From Polyangiales bacterium (GTDB lineage Bacteria > Myxococcota_A > Polyangia > Polyangiales > Ga0077539), in assembly GCA_046351535.1 (NCBI GenBank), contig JAXLYG010000023.1, forward strand, positions 128,001 to 185,138: a stretch of DNA of 57,138 nucleotides. The letters are read 5' to 3'. The translations under genes were made by a program, and so were the position numbers. Shown here one piece after another: positions 1 to 8,630 of the stretch (position 1 is its first letter; each line of letters begins with the position of its first letter). The notes beneath the pieces were generated by a model. The model was given only the letters and a program-made list of their open reading frames with translations. It ran no database searches and had not been told where the DNA came from.

Positions 1-507
1 GCGCTCGGCGAGGTGCGCGCGGTCGTGGCGCCGAGCCTCTTTCACCACCTCTACGTGGGCCAGTGGATGCGCGCGTACCCGAAGGCCGTCTTCGCGGCCT
101 GTCCGGGCCTCGAGTGGAAGCGCCCCGACCTCGCGTTCACCTGCGTGCTCGCCGACGAGCCGCTCCCCGTCTGGGAGGCTGAGATCGAGCAGGTGTACTT
201 CTCGTCGCGCCGCGAGAACGAGGTGGTGTTCTTTCACCGCAGGAGCCGCACGATGGTGTGCTCCGACGCGCTGCTCAACCTCTCGACGCACCGCTCGCTC
301 GTGACGCGCGCCGTGGCGGCCTTCGCGCGCAACACCGCGCCGGGCTTCGGCTGGCCCGAGCGCCTCATGGTGCGAGACCGCCGCGTCGCGCGACGCCAGG
401 TCGACCGCATCCTCGCGTGGGACATCGACAAGATCGTGCTCGCCCACGGCGACCTCGTGGAGCGCGACGGCCGCGAGACCGTGCGACGCGCCTACGCGTG
501 GGTCTGA
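1..507 (+). CDS. DUF4336-family protein, 5' end cut by window edge
   Basis: Frame is open from base 1. Motifs HHLY..W.AYP, FFHRRSRT and ILAWD..VLAHG match DUF4336. Codon usage is GC3-rich. Confidence 0.5.
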   Translation, partial: ALGEVRAVVAPSLFHHLYVGQWMRAYPKAVFAACPGLEWKRPDLAFTCVLADEPLPVWEAEIEQVYFSSRRENEVVFFHRRSRTMVCSDALLNLSTHRSLVTRAVAAFARNTAPGFGWPERLMVRDRRVARRQVDRILAWDIDKIVLAHGDLVERDGRETVRRAYAWV

Positions 508-516
508 GCGATCACG

Positions 517-1206
517 TCACGCCGTGACCGGGAGCCGCCTCCGTCCGCCGCGCGCGGCCGTCTCGGCGACGAGCGCCGCGGCGACCTCTGCGACCGCGGG
601 GAGGAGGCGCGCCTCGGGGTCCGTGGCGAGTCGCGCGGCGTAGACCGAGATCCAGCGGGCCGTGTGCGACACGGCGAAGTCTGCCGCATCGACGACGGCG
701 AGACGCTGCGCTTCGAAGTCACCGCGATCGAGCGCGGCGACCTCACGCGCGGCGAGCTCCGCCAGAAACGCGAGCTCGCACCCCAGGTGATCGGGGAGCT
801 CGGGCGCATCGAGGGCGAAGCCCGCGACGGCGTACGCGCGCTTCACGGCGTCGCTCGACGCGCCCAGGAGGAGCCCTCCGACGACGCCCTCGTCGAGCTC
901 CCGCGCGTCGCAGTAGACCGACTCGAAGGGCGGCTTGTAGCGAGGGCCCGGGATGGCCACGAGGTCGAAGAACTCGCGTCGCGTCTCGTCACCGAAGCGC
1001 AGCGCGGCGATCGCCGAGAGCGGCGCGGCGACGCGATCACCGAGGAACTCCACGAGCACGTCTCTCGCGTCGGGGTCTTGAAGCGCCGCGACGACGGAGG
1101 CTTCGGGCGCGGCGAGAAAGAGCCCCGAGAGGAGCTTGTAGAGGTCACGACGAAGCGCCGCGACGGAGGCTTCTTCGGTGGGGTCGCGCGACGAGGCTTC
1201 GGTCAC
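517..1206 (-). CDS. TorD/DmsD-family redox-enzyme maturation chaperone
   Basis: C-terminal 229 aa of the ORF 517..1752. LYKLLSGLFLAAP and ELPDHLGCELAFLAELA resemble TorD-family chaperones. The proposed GTG start at 1206 overlaps the stop of the upstream ferredoxin gene (GTGA). The N-terminal part of the long ORF is a shadow frame of the ferredoxin gene. Confidence 0.55.
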   Translation of the reverse strand: MTEASSRDPTEEASVAALRRDLYKLLSGLFLAAPEASVVAALQDPDARDVLVEFLGDRVAAPLSAIAALRFGDETRREFFDLVAIPGPRYKPPFESVYCDARELDEGVVGGLLLGASSDAVKRAYAVAGFALDAPELPDHLGCELAFLAELAAREVAALDRGDFEAQRLAVVDAADFAVSHTARWISVYAARLATDPEARLLPAVAEVAAALVAETAARGGRRRLPVTA

Positions 1207-1766
1207 GGACGAATGAATCGGATCGAGGGGTTGGTGAGCGCGGGGTCCGCGAAGCCCGTGGGCGGCTCCGACGAGCCCGGGGTGAAGTCTCGCGTGAACT
1301 GGAGCGCGCCCGTGGGGCACGTCGAGACGCACGCGGGCGCGAGGTTCTCGGCGAGGCGATGCGCGCAGCCGGTACACTTCTCGACCTTGCCCGAGAGGTC
1401 GTTGAACTGCACCGAGCCGTAGGGGCACGCCCACTCGCAGTAGCGGCAGCCGATGCAGGTCGCGTTGTTGATCTGCACGAGGCCCGTGGCGGCGTCCTTG
1501 GTGATGGCCGCGACGGGGCACGCGGGCAGGCACGCGGGCGACGCGCAGTGGTTGCAGGCCGACGTGACGAACACCTTCGAGAGCGATGGAAAGGCGCCGC
1601 TCTCGACGGTGAGCACCGCGCGGTAGTTCACCTGGATGGGGTGCGTGTTGCGGAAGACGAGCGGCGAGGTCGCGGGCTCGGTGTTCATCTCCGACTTGCA
1701 GGCGACCGTGCAGGCGTTGCAGCCGACGCAGCGGCGGAGGTCTACGATCCAACCGAACTGAGCCAT
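1203..1766 (-). CDS. four-cluster 4Fe-4S ferredoxin subunit of a Mo-bisPGD oxidoreductase (PsrB/TtrB/DmsB-like)
   Basis: Four Cys clusters: CVGCNACTVAC, CNHCASPACLPACP, CIGCRYCEWACP and CTGC...CVSTCP. 187 aa with no signal peptide, consistent with hitchhiking on the TAT-exported catalytic subunit. It lies directly downstream of the catalytic subunit. Confidence 0.85.
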   Translation of the reverse strand: MAQFGWIVDLRRCVGCNACTVACKSEMNTEPATSPLVFRNTHPIQVNYRAVLTVESGAFPSLSKVFVTSACNHCASPACLPACPVAAITKDAATGLVQINNATCIGCRYCEWACPYGSVQFNDLSGKVEKCTGCAHRLAENLAPACVSTCPTGALQFTRDFTPGSSEPPTGFADPALTNPSIRFIRP

Positions 1767-1784
1767 GGTGGTCCGTCCTCCTGA

Positions 1785-4700
1785 TCAGCGCGTCACGACG
1801 GGCTCGATGCGAACCCAGGTGTCATTGAACGAAGCGCTCCCGCCGATGGGGTCCTGGAGCGTGACGTCTCCCGAGAAGTCGTCGAGGCGCATCACGGGGT
1901 TGGCCGTGATGCCCGCGCCGCGCGAGGGATCGAAGGCCGTCGCGCGTCCCGCGACGGTGTGCGCCTTCGCGCCGCCCTCCCAGTGACCGAAGCCGGTGGA
2001 GACGGCCACGACCCCGGGGCGCAGGCCCTTGATGACCTTCGCGAAGCCCACGACGCCGACGGGGTTCGACGCCGAGGTGATGCGCACGCGGTCGCCGGTC
2101 TCGACCCCCGCGGTGCGCGCGTCGGGCTCCGAGAGCTCGACGAAGTTCTTGGGCTGGATGCCCATGAGCCACGGGCTCGTGTGCGTTCGCGACTCGGCGT
2201 GCAGCGCGGGCGTGTACGTCACGAGCTGGAGCGGGAAGGCCGCGTCTCGCACGGGCGTCCCGTCGAGGTGGCGCTTCACGTCGTAGTGCGCGACGCCGCG
2301 GTACTTGCGACCCGTCACCGGGTTCACCGTCGTCGCGAGCTTCGGGACGTAGAAGTGCAGCACCGAGCCGTGCTTGTTGTTGAGCAGCGCGGCGTTGGTG
2401 GTGTCGTAGCCGCTGTTGAGCGCCGCGAAGGCGCCGCCGCGCGCCATGATGTCGCCCGCCGCGACGGTGGCGCCGTTGAGGGCCGTGCCCACGTTGCGCG
2501 CGAGGTTGGCGAACTGGTGGCGGTAGAAGTCCCACGCGCGGTCGAGGTTCACGCCCGCGCCGAGCGCGTTGGCGCCCACGCCGGGGAAGGTCGGCGAGAT
2601 CGCCTTCGCGAGCCCGATGAGAATGTCACCGTGCATCTTCGTGTCGGGCAGGAGCGGCGTGTACGCGTTGCGCGCCGAGGGGTCGAAGCTCCAGCGCCCC
2701 GTGGCGCCCACGGTGGTGCCGTCGAAGGCGCCGACCACGGGCTGCTGAATGGGCGTCTGCTTCGTCGAGATGGCCGCGCTCTGCCCGGGGAATCCCCACG
2801 ATTCCAGGTACGTCGCGTCGGGGAGCACGTAGTCGGCCCACGTCGCGACCTCGCCGAACACGGGGCTGATCGAGACGAGCAGCGGCAGCGCGGTCTCGTT
2901 CGAGACCGTGCGCTCCCACACCGACTTGCCGCCGGGGACCGCGTAGGGCCAGTCGGTCCACGCGGTGATGAGCGCCTTGATCGCGTACGGATACCCCTGC
3001 GCGATCGACGGGACGAGCTCCTGATAGTTGCCCTTCGCCGCGAAGGGGAACCACTGCCTCGGCGCCGGATAGCCTCGGAAATACGACTTGTCCGCGGTGT
3101 AGTCCGCGCCCGCGCGATCGATCCTCGGCCCCACGGGCGTCACGCCGCCGGTGACCGCGGCCGTGTTCACGCCGCCCGTCGCGTTGACCTCGGCCCAGCC
3201 TCCGCCGCCGCGCGAGAGACCGCCCGCGTAGTCGACGTTGCCGATCATCCAGTTGAGCGCCATCACCGCGAGCTGCGTGTACGTGCCGTTGGTGTGCTGC
3301 ACGGCGCCGCGGTACGCCCACGCCGACGCGCGCCGCCCCGACGAGGTGAGCTCCGTCGCGAGCTGCGAGATCACCGCCGCGCTCACGCCCGCCGCCGTGG
3401 CGTACTGATCGAGCGTGTATTCGAAGACCGCCGCGCGGTAGATCGCGAAGGCCGACCTGCAACGGATGCCGTTGACGGTCACGTAGTCGGCGCCCGTGTC
3501 GACGGGCTCGAGGGTGCCCACGACGGCCGTCGCGGTGCCGCCCGTGGGCGCGTTGATCTGCACCTCGACGGGCACGCCATCGCTCGACCGGATGCACACG
3601 GGATGAGCGGGGTTGACCACGCCCGTGAGGCCCGCCTCGGCGGGCGCGAGGAGCTTGCCCTCGTTGGGGTGTCCCGCCTCGACGATGACGAGCCAGGTCG
3701 CGTCGGTGTAGCAGGGCTCGCTCGCCGCCGTGGCCGCGGCCTTGTTGGCGTTGCGGAGGAAGGCCACGTTGTGCCGCGCGCCAGCGATCATCGCGCGGGC
3801 GATGCCGAGCGCGAGGGCCGCGTCGCCGCCGGGCTTGATGGGCACCCAGAGGTCGGCCTTCGCGGCGCTGTTCGAGAAGCGCGGATCGACCACGACGATG
3901 CGGCCCATGCCGCCCGTGCGACGCGGGTCGCGCATGTCGGTGGTCTTGCGCGCGAGGGCGAGCATCGGCGGCGACGACTCGACGGGGTTGGCGCCGAAGA
4001 CGAGCATGTAGGCGGCGCGGTCCATGTCGGTCTTGAGCTCGCTCAGACCGGGGGTCCCGTTGACGTGCTCGTAGGTCGCGAGCTGCGTCCCGACCTGCGC
4101 GCTGCCCTCGATGATCGAGGCGTCGTCGATGTCGTAGTTGGCGGTGCCGTAGCCCGACCTGAAGATCCGCTCGGCGAGGGATTTGTCGACGCCGCGGCCG
4201 GGGCAGTAGACGAGCCCGTTGGCGATCTTGCCGAGGTCGGCGTTGGCGGGGTCGATGTCTCGCGTCACGCGCTCGGCGAAGGGGATGAGCGCGTTGATGC
4301 GCGCGGCGATCTCGGTGAAGGCCTGGTCCCAGGTGATGACCTCCCAGCGCCCCGAGCCGCGCGCGCCGGCGCGGCGGAGCGGGTGCTGGATGCGGTACGG
4401 GTCATAGAGCGTCTGCACGCCGGCCTGGCCGCGGGGGCAGAGGCGCCCGAACTCGTTGCGAGAGTCCGTCGGCGTGCGCGTGAACGCGAGGCGCTCGTCG
4501 TCGCCGCGGTTGTTGGGGTGATACGGGTTGCCGTCGATCTTCACGACCTGACCCGCGCGGAGCTTCGCCTTGATGCCGCAGCGGCTCGGGCAGATGCGAC
4601 AGGTCGAGTGGAGGTAGAGCACCTCGGCGTCGGAGCTCGGCGGATCGGGGTCGGCGAGCACCTCGCGCGCCTTGAGCACCACCGGCGTCGCGGCCGCGGC

Positions 4701-4790
4701 GGCGCAGAGGAGGCCCGCGGCCTTCATGAACTGTCTGCGGCTTACGCCGCCTTCCGGGGTGCCGGGGCCCGTGTTGTTCGATCCGTCCAT
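1785..4790 (-). CDS. molybdopterin (Mo-bisPGD) oxidoreductase catalytic subunit with TAT signal (TtrA/PsrA-like, about 1000 aa)
   Basis: The chosen ATG at 4790 gives MDGSNN...SRRQFMKAAGLLCAAAAA, a twin-arginine signal. It is followed by the N-terminal FeS motif CRICPSRC...C. The long ORF has molybdopterin oxidoreductase character, and the upstream in-frame extension to 4949 is Arg/Thr-rich junk. Confidence 0.8.
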   Translation of the reverse strand: MDGSNNTGPGTPEGGVSRRQFMKAAGLLCAAAAATPVVLKAREVLADPDPPSSDAEVLYLHSTCRICPSRCGIKAKLRAGQVVKIDGNPYHPNNRGDDERLAFTRTPTDSRNEFGRLCPRGQAGVQTLYDPYRIQHPLRRAGARGSGRWEVITWDQAFTEIAARINALIPFAERVTRDIDPANADLGKIANGLVYCPGRGVDKSLAERIFRSGYGTANYDIDDASIIEGSAQVGTQLATYEHVNGTPGLSELKTDMDRAAYMLVFGANPVESSPPMLALARKTTDMRDPRRTGGMGRIVVVDPRFSNSAAKADLWVPIKPGGDAALALGIARAMIAGARHNVAFLRNANKAAATAASEPCYTDATWLVIVEAGHPNEGKLLAPAEAGLTGVVNPAHPVCIRSSDGVPVEVQINAPTGGTATAVVGTLEPVDTGADYVTVNGIRCRSAFAIYRAAVFEYTLDQYATAAGVSAAVISQLATELTSSGRRASAWAYRGAVQHTNGTYTQLAVMALNWMIGNVDYAGGLSRGGGGWAEVNATGGVNTAAVTGGVTPVGPRIDRAGADYTADKSYFRGYPAPRQWFPFAAKGNYQELVPSIAQGYPYAIKALITAWTDWPYAVPGGKSVWERTVSNETALPLLVSISPVFGEVATWADYVLPDATYLESWGFPGQSAAISTKQTPIQQPVVGAFDGTTVGATGRWSFDPSARNAYTPLLPDTKMHGDILIGLAKAISPTFPGVGANALGAGVNLDRAWDFYRHQFANLARNVGTALNGATVAAGDIMARGGAFAALNSGYDTTNAALLNNKHGSVLHFYVPKLATTVNPVTGRKYRGVAHYDVKRHLDGTPVRDAAFPLQLVTYTPALHAESRTHTSPWLMGIQPKNFVELSEPDARTAGVETGDRVRITSASNPVGVVGFAKVIKGLRPGVVAVSTGFGHWEGGAKAHTVAGRATAFDPSRGAGITANPVMRLDDFSGDVTLQDPIGGSASFNDTWVRIEPVVTR

Positions 4791-4818
4791 CTCGATTGCT
4801 CCGTTACCCACTGTGCTC

Positions 4819-5418
4819 TCAAGGGAGGTAGTAGTCCCAGCGCCCGTCGCGGTGGCATCCCGCGCAGTACTGCGTCGGCACCTGTCGCCGCAGGCCCGCC
4901 GCCGAGTGATCGCCGCTGAAGTCGACGCCGCCGCGGTGGCAGAACGCACAGTCCTCGTTGCGGGGCGTGCCTCGCCAGGTGCCCAGGTAGGGCAGCATCC
5001 GGCGGTGGATCTCCTGCACCCTGGGGTCGAGGGTGGTGCGATTGAGGATGTCCTGGTGACAGTGGAGGCAGTTGGCGTTGTAGCGGGTCGACTCGGGGTT
5101 GTGGATCGCCGTGAGGTTCAGCAGCGACACGTCGAGGCTCGGATGACAGCTCTGGCAGACCGCGCGCGGATCGGGCCTGCCCGCGTCATCGAGGACGACC
5201 GCGTCGGGCGACACATCGGGCGTCGCGCCGTCGGGCGTGTCGGTGGGGGTCACCGCGTCGGCGGGCACATCGACCGATGAATCGAGACCGGGCCCCGCGG
5301 GCCCACGCGGACCGGGAGGTCCCGCAGGTCCGACCGGCCCCTCACACCCGGCGAACATCGCCACCGCCAGAGGGAGCACGAGAATGACAAACTCCCTCTT
5401 CGAGCAAGCACCGGGCAT
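4819..5418 (-). CDS. tetraheme c-type cytochrome lipoprotein with collagen-like Gly-Pro linker
   Basis: Four CxxCH motifs: CQSCH, CLHCH, CAFCH and CAGCH. Signal peptide with lipobox (LAVAMFAGC) from the internal ATG at 5418, followed by GPAGPPGPRGPAGPG. It sits immediately upstream of the Mo enzyme genes on the same strand. Confidence 0.75.
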   Translation of the reverse strand: MPGACSKREFVILVLPLAVAMFAGCEGPVGPAGPPGPRGPAGPGLDSSVDVPADAVTPTDTPDGATPDVSPDAVVLDDAGRPDPRAVCQSCHPSLDVSLLNLTAIHNPESTRYNANCLHCHQDILNRTTLDPRVQEIHRRMLPYLGTWRGTPRNEDCAFCHRGGVDFSGDHSAAGLRRQVPTQYCAGCHRDGRWDYYLP

Positions 5419-5662
5419 GGTCCTCGACCTCCGTCGCTGTTCCGCGTCTGCCAACGCAGAACGGTCGCGACAAAGCACGCACCATACCCGTCATCCCCCG
5501 ATCCCCCGCCCGTTCCCCAACGGGCGAAAAGTCAGGGACTATGACCTTGCGCAGTCCGCGCGCACGCACCGCACGCACGCACAAGGCGCGCGAACGCGCT
5601 GCAACGATCGCGGGACAGTCCGCCACGTGGCGTGTTAGCGCTCTCGTTCACGAGGTGAATGA

Positions 5663-6724
5663 ATGAGGTTCGATCCGTCACGCGCCCGTGAGCGCGTCGA
5701 GAAATTCTGGTCGCTCAACGCCGAGTTCGGCCTGGAGCACAACGCCTATCGCGTCTACCTGAACGAGATCGTGAGCGACCGCTACGTGCTCGTGAACGGG
5801 CTCCAGCTCCTGCGCGACGAGCTCCAGCTCGCGGGCGAGCGCGACCTCGGCGACGACGTGATCGCGTGCGGCGCCGACCTCTCGATCCCCAGCGTGATGA
5901 CCACGCTGGCGCACACCAACTGCGGCGACCGCATCCACCAGGGCGAGGCGACGACCTCGTACGAGCAGGTCGTGGCGTCGCGCTTCGCCTGCATGTCCGA
6001 GATCGGCGAGCACAAGCTCGAGGCCTTCTCGCCCACGGGCGGCGGCACCGACGACGGCCACACGCTCGCGCACGTCACCGTGGCGCACGCCCTCGACGCG
6101 CCCATCCGCAAGCGGCTCTACGAGGGCAACGCGTCGACCTTCGTGCTCGTCAACATCGACCTCAAGACCCACGTGGGGCGCCTCGACGGCGAGAACGGCA
6201 AGCTCATCATCGGCCGCACGCAGGAGTCGAAGTGGCGCGAGCCCCGCACCGCGTGTGGCGCCGTCGTCGGGACCGTCAAGCACTACAACCCCGACAACGG
6301 CGTGCACCGGCGCATCCGCGAAGACCTCGGCGAGGCGAACTTCGAGCTCCTCTCGACGAAGGGCGTCCACAGCAAGGACGGCGTCGACATCACCGCCGCC
6401 GTGGCCGCGTCGATCGTCGCGATCCAGGGGATGCTCAACACCGCGAAGGCCCTCGAGACCGAGCTCGACGAGCGCGGCGTCGGGCACCTCACGGCCTCGA
6501 CCACCGTGAACCGCCCCCACATGGACGACACGATCATCTACCTCGCGCGCGCCACCGTGTTCAACGGCGAGACCCGCGTGCAGGGCTTCGGCACCGACGC
6601 CTCGAAGTACTCGGGGCGCACCGTGGAGCACCGCGGCGACAAGCGCCTCCTGCTCCTCTACGACCGCCTCGACTCGGGTGAGCACGAGATCCGGTCGAGC
6701 ACCTACGCGCCGCGTCCGGCCTGA
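5663..6724 (+). CDS. hypothetical cytoplasmic protein (353 aa)
   Basis: Long ORF with balanced amino-acid composition (W, F, Y, H, K, N all present). Strong SD GAGGTG 7 nt before the ATG. I recognise no domain. Confidence 0.5.
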   Translation: MRFDPSRARERVEKFWSLNAEFGLEHNAYRVYLNEIVSDRYVLVNGLQLLRDELQLAGERDLGDDVIACGADLSIPSVMTTLAHTNCGDRIHQGEATTSYEQVVASRFACMSEIGEHKLEAFSPTGGGTDDGHTLAHVTVAHALDAPIRKRLYEGNASTFVLVNIDLKTHVGRLDGENGKLIIGRTQESKWREPRTACGAVVGTVKHYNPDNGVHRRIREDLGEANFELLSTKGVHSKDGVDITAAVAASIVAIQGMLNTAKALETELDERGVGHLTASTTVNRPHMDDTIIYLARATVFNGETRVQGFGTDASKYSGRTVEHRGDKRLLLLYDRLDSGEHEIRSSTYAPRPA

Positions 6725-6735
6725 CGACGCCCCGG

Positions 6736-7842
6736 CTACGCGCCCCACGCGTCGCGCATCAGCACGCGCTCGAGCTTGGCCACGGCGGGCTCCAGCGACT
6801 CGGGGTCGAGGCCGCCGGAGCGCGCCACGGCGGTGAGCAGAAAGCGCTGCTCGCCCGCGCTGAAGATCCGGTGCGCGATCACGCGTCCGCCGAGGTCGAG
6901 CACGCGCACGCCGACGGGCGCGGGCTCGCCGTTCTCGACCACGCGATCGGCCACGATGAGGAGCTGCGACCAGACGCCCGCCAGCACGTCGGGTCGCTCG
7001 GAGCCGTCGCTCGCCGCCAGCGGCAGCCCCGAGTCATCGCTCAGCACCAGCGCGCTCAGGCTGCCCGCGGTCGCGATCGCGTTGAGGAGCCGCGGGAGCT
7101 CGTCGCGCGTCCCGCGGCCGAGGTCGATGTGCTGGATGGCCTGCGCCACGCGCTCTTTTTCGAGGAGCGGCGAGAGGATCCGCTCGACCTCGCGCAGGTC
7201 GCTGCGCCCCGTCTCTCGCACCTGCGCCACCGTCGCAGCGAGGCGCTTGAGCTCGCTCTGCGTCTGCGCGCTGAGCGCGTCGGAGCGCTTCACCTGCCCC
7301 ATCGCGGCGTTGAGCTCGGCCTCGGCGAAGGCGAGCCTGTCGCGCAGCTCGCGCACCTGCTTGAGCTCGCCCTGCGCCTGCGCGTTGAGCGCGTCGGCCC
7401 GCTGGAGCTGCGTCCGCACCGACTCGAGCTCGGCCTCGGCCCGCGCGACGCGCTCTCGGAGCTCCTGCGCGCGATCGGCCTGCGACCGCGCGGCCTCGAC
7501 CTCGGCCTCGGCCCGCGCGACGCGCTCTCGGAGCTCCTGCGCCTCGCGGCGCGCGCCGCCCTGCTCGGTCTCGAACTCTCGCGTGCGCCCGTGGACGCGC
7601 TCGAGCTCCGCCATCGCGAGCCCCGCGTTGACGGCCTCGCGCTTCGTGGCCTCCTGCGCCTCGGCGAGGGCGGCCTCGAGGCGCTGCGCGTCGGCGCGCG
7701 CGTGGCCCCGATCGGACTGGGCTGCCGAGAGCTCGGCGCGTAGCGCGTCGCGGGCCTCGAGGGCGCGACGGACGCCGACCATGTAACCGCCGAGCAGGAA
7801 GAGCCCGCACGCAAGCGCGACAAGAGTGAGTGAGAGAATCAC
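6736..7842 (-). CDS. membrane-anchored coiled-coil protein with internal repeats and roadblock/LC7-like C-terminal region
   Basis: N-terminal TM helix (ILSLTLVALACGLFLLGGYMVGV). Long Ala/Glu/Arg coiled coil with repeated ELRERVARAEAE modules; an imperfect DNA direct repeat (one mismatch over about 60 bp) lies in 7425..7550. C-terminal 130 aa (ALVLSDDSGLPLAAS...VRVLDLGGRVIAHRIF) resembles a roadblock fold. Last gene of a tightly packed minus-strand operon. Confidence 0.6.
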   Translation of the reverse strand: MILSLTLVALACGLFLLGGYMVGVRRALEARDALRAELSAAQSDRGHARADAQRLEAALAEAQEATKREAVNAGLAMAELERVHGRTREFETEQGGARREAQELRERVARAEAEVEAARSQADRAQELRERVARAEAELESVRTQLQRADALNAQAQGELKQVRELRDRLAFAEAELNAAMGQVKRSDALSAQTQSELKRLAATVAQVRETGRSDLREVERILSPLLEKERVAQAIQHIDLGRGTRDELPRLLNAIATAGSLSALVLSDDSGLPLAASDGSERPDVLAGVWSQLLIVADRVVENGEPAPVGVRVLDLGGRVIAHRIFSAGEQRFLLTAVARSGGLDPESLEPAVAKLERVLMRDAWGA

Positions 7843-8630
7843 GGGTCGACGACCTCCTCGGAGACACCTGCACAGGGCGCGACACCGCGCACGCGGACCT
7901 CGACCCGTCGAAGCGCGTCGGAGTCCTCCGCGCCCTCGACCTCCGCCGTGAACGCGCCCACGCCGCCGACGGTCACCTTCGTCGCGGGAACGCCCGCGCG
8001 ACGGATCGAGACCGCCACCGCCGCCGCGCGACGGACGCTGAGCGCGTGGTTGTCACGGTCGGTCCCGAGGGGGTCGGCGTAGCCGAGCACGAGCACGTTC
8101 GCGCGAGGGTTTCGCGCGAGGTATTCCCGCAGCGGGACGAAGTGAACCGCGAGCCTCGGCGGCGTCGACCACGACCCTCGACGAAAGCGAATCGACCACC
8201 GCGGCGGACATCGCGGATCGATGGGCCCCGAAGGCGCCGCGTCCGCCGACGCTACGAACGCGTGCGCCGTCGCGGGCGCCTCAGCGACCGTCGCGCTCGC
8301 GCCACCCGCGTCGACCGTCGCCACCGCGGGCGCGCCCGGCGACGCGGCGTCGGGCGACGTCGACGGCGCCGGCGCGGCAGGCTCCGCGGTCGTCGGAGAC
8401 GCGGGCGTCGGAGGCGCGGTCGTCGAAGACGCGATCGACGGCGCGGTCGTCGGTGGCGGCGCGACGGGCGCCGTGACGCGGAGCGCGGGCGGCGCGGGTT
8501 CGGCCCGTTGCGCGGCGGGAAACTGAAGCGCGCCGGTGACCGCGAGGCCCGTCGCCACGACGAAGATCGCGACGGTGACGCCGGGCGGCGTTCGCTCCCA
8601 CGGGAGCGAGTGGTGGAGCGCGGCGGTCAT
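7839..8630 (-). CDS. OmpA/MotB-like peptidoglycan-binding protein with N-terminal TM helix and Pro/Ala/Thr-rich linker
   Basis: The internal ATG at 8630 overlaps the stop of the upstream regulator gene (ATGA). TM helix VTVAIFVVATGLAVTGAL, then a PT-rich linker. C-terminus NVLVLGYADPLGTDRDNHALSVRRAAAV is an OmpA_C-like motif. The upstream part of the 462-aa ORF is a shadow frame. Confidence 0.65.
   Translation of the reverse strand: MTAALHHSLPWERTPPGVTVAIFVVATGLAVTGALQFPAAQRAEPAPPALRVTAPVAPPPTTAPSIASSTTAPPTPASPTTAEPAAPAPSTSPDAASPGAPAVATVDAGGASATVAEAPATAHAFVASADAAPSGPIDPRCPPRWSIRFRRGSWSTPPRLAVHFVPLREYLARNPRANVLVLGYADPLGTDRDNHALSVRRAAAVAVSIRRAGVPATKVTVGGVGAFTAEVEGAEDSDALRRVEVRVRGVAPCAGVSEEVVDP

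Noticed and set aside
517-1752. Full 411-aa ORF as one gene
   Set aside because: The N-terminal 180 codons are out of frame over the 4Fe-4S ferredoxin gene and are Arg/Pro-rich. Only the C-terminal TorD-like part (517..1206) was accepted.
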